A stretch of DNA of 64,000 nucleotides from Iphione sp. A-MEVVRFRX5. Taxonomy: Eukaryota. Location of the stretch: assembly GCA_976226885.1 (NCBI GenBank), contig OZ320313.1:142848001-142912000 (forward strand), in the 5' to 3' direction. The notes under the pieces were generated by a model, which ran no database searches, was not told where the DNA came from, and saw nothing but the letters and a program-made list of their open reading frames with translations. The position numbers and the translations under genes were made by a program. Positions 62,644 through 64,000 of this stretch are shown piece after piece (the first letter of the stretch is position 1; each line of letters begins with the position of its first letter).

Positions 62644-64000
62644 CACTGCTCCACTCATGCGGAACCCAAAGAACTGCATGAGCAGAACTGCACCGTGCGG
62701 TTCCAGTGGAACCGCAAGAGCTGAGCCCGTATGAGCAGTTCCATCAGAACCACATGAGCTGAGACCACACCAAACCAAACCACACAGCATTGACCTGCAC
62801 CAGGCGGAACCACATGAGACAGTGCTCTCCCAGATCAGGCGGCAGGGAGAGGAGGTTGAACCGCATGGGGTGGAGCATGGTCCCTGGGGACCACAGGGTG
62901 TGGAACAGCACAGTTCCCTGGGAGGACAGGAGTTGTCCTTTGGGAAAGTTGTGGTGGTGGAGCAGAGAATGGACTCCTACATGGCGATCAGCACTGGTGA
63001 GGAAGGGCCTGTGAGAGCACTTGGGATGGTCAGAACTTCAATGCCATGACCAGGATCATGACCTGAATTGACTCAAGATTCCCCAGAATCATCCAAGAAC
63101 AAGGAAGATTCAGCAGAAGAGGAGGAAGAATCAGAGCATCCCAGCCCGGGGGCTGAGGATCCAGCAGTATGAGGATTGGTAGAGGAGTTGTGTTGAGTCA
63201 TGCTTCAGGAGAATGCCTGAGGAGGACGGCCATCAAACCAGATACCTTTGACTGAACCACTTCCCTGCTGGACTTCTTACACCATTACCAACCTGTGGCT
63301 ATGGCGAATAGATGGGATGAACAGGAGAAAGCAGTGCAACTTGGGGTTGCCCTGCAGAAGTGCACAGCCCTCAGGAATGCACAAGTTGACATGGCTGAGG
63401 AGGGAGCACATGAGAAGATAGTGAAGGTCCTCCAAAATTGCTTCCAGCTGGCCAATCAAGTTGATGCTTACTTGCAGCAGTTAAAGTACCACTGTCAGAA
63501 GAAGGGGGAGTGCCTCGCAGAGCTGGCCGATGACATCAAAAGGCTAGTCCATTTGACCTACCCCAAGGTGACGGGCCAGTGGAAGGAGAGCATATGACAG
63601 GAGTACTTCTTGGGAGTGCTTGCAAATGAGAAGGAACATTAGTGGGTGACACAGGCCCAGTTCACCACCTTCTGAAAGACTCTCAAAGAGAAGTCAAAGA
63701 GCAGCCCCCTAGCAACCAGCCTGGTCCAGCTCCCGAGGCTGTGGAGCAGCTCGTGGTGGAGCTCACAAGTGAGCTCATGGAGGAAGACCGGAGGACCACA
63801 GCAGAAATGCTGAAGAGGAGCATCAGGATGTTCTAGCTAGAGGGAGAGCTGTTCAGATGCACAGAAGTGGTCACCCATGCTATTGACACTCAAGGACAGG
63901 CCCCAGGCAGGTTCATCGGCTGCCCCCACAGAAGAGGGAGATCATCAAGAAAGAGATTGATACGATGCTACAGAAAGGAGTGCTTGAGCCCTCCACCAGT
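62644..64000 (+). mobile_element. Degenerate Gypsy internal region: gag fragment and start of RT, running off the window
   Basis: gag-like ANRWDEQEKAVQL...QKKGECLAELADDIKRLVHLTYP, then THAIDTQGQAP...RLPPQKREIIKKEIDTMLQKGVLEPSTS. Confidence 0.85.

Overview
Animal genomic DNA (intron-rich and TE-rich; probably a marine invertebrate, taxon not determinable from sequence alone) with one 153-nt assembly gap. It holds two convergent host genes. RFC5 (+ strand) has 10 coding exons from 4447 to 16477; its first exon was not found in the window, and its intron at 9035-15203 is a 6.2-kb U12-type (minor spliceosome) intron filled with transposon remnants. An RNF34/RFFL (CARP) E3 ligase (- strand) has 6 coding exons from 48702 to 21676, 399 aa, including a 21-nt microexon. 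The rest is mostly mobile DNA: Gypsy remnants at both ends, Harbinger and hAT-like MITEs, Helentron-type (HINE) elements, a pogo/Tigger remnant, CR1/L2-type LINEs, tRNA-derived SINEs and a DIRS1-like element. The standout is a near-intact L1/Tx1-clade non-LTR retrotransposon (about 55200-61192) whose ORF1 (disordered region, coiled coil, RRM/CTD) ends in a fused NADAR (YbiA/DUF1768) domain. NADAR is a fold known for removing ADP-ribose from guanine; here the usual acidic catalytic positions are substituted. All calls were made by eye, and no database searches were run.
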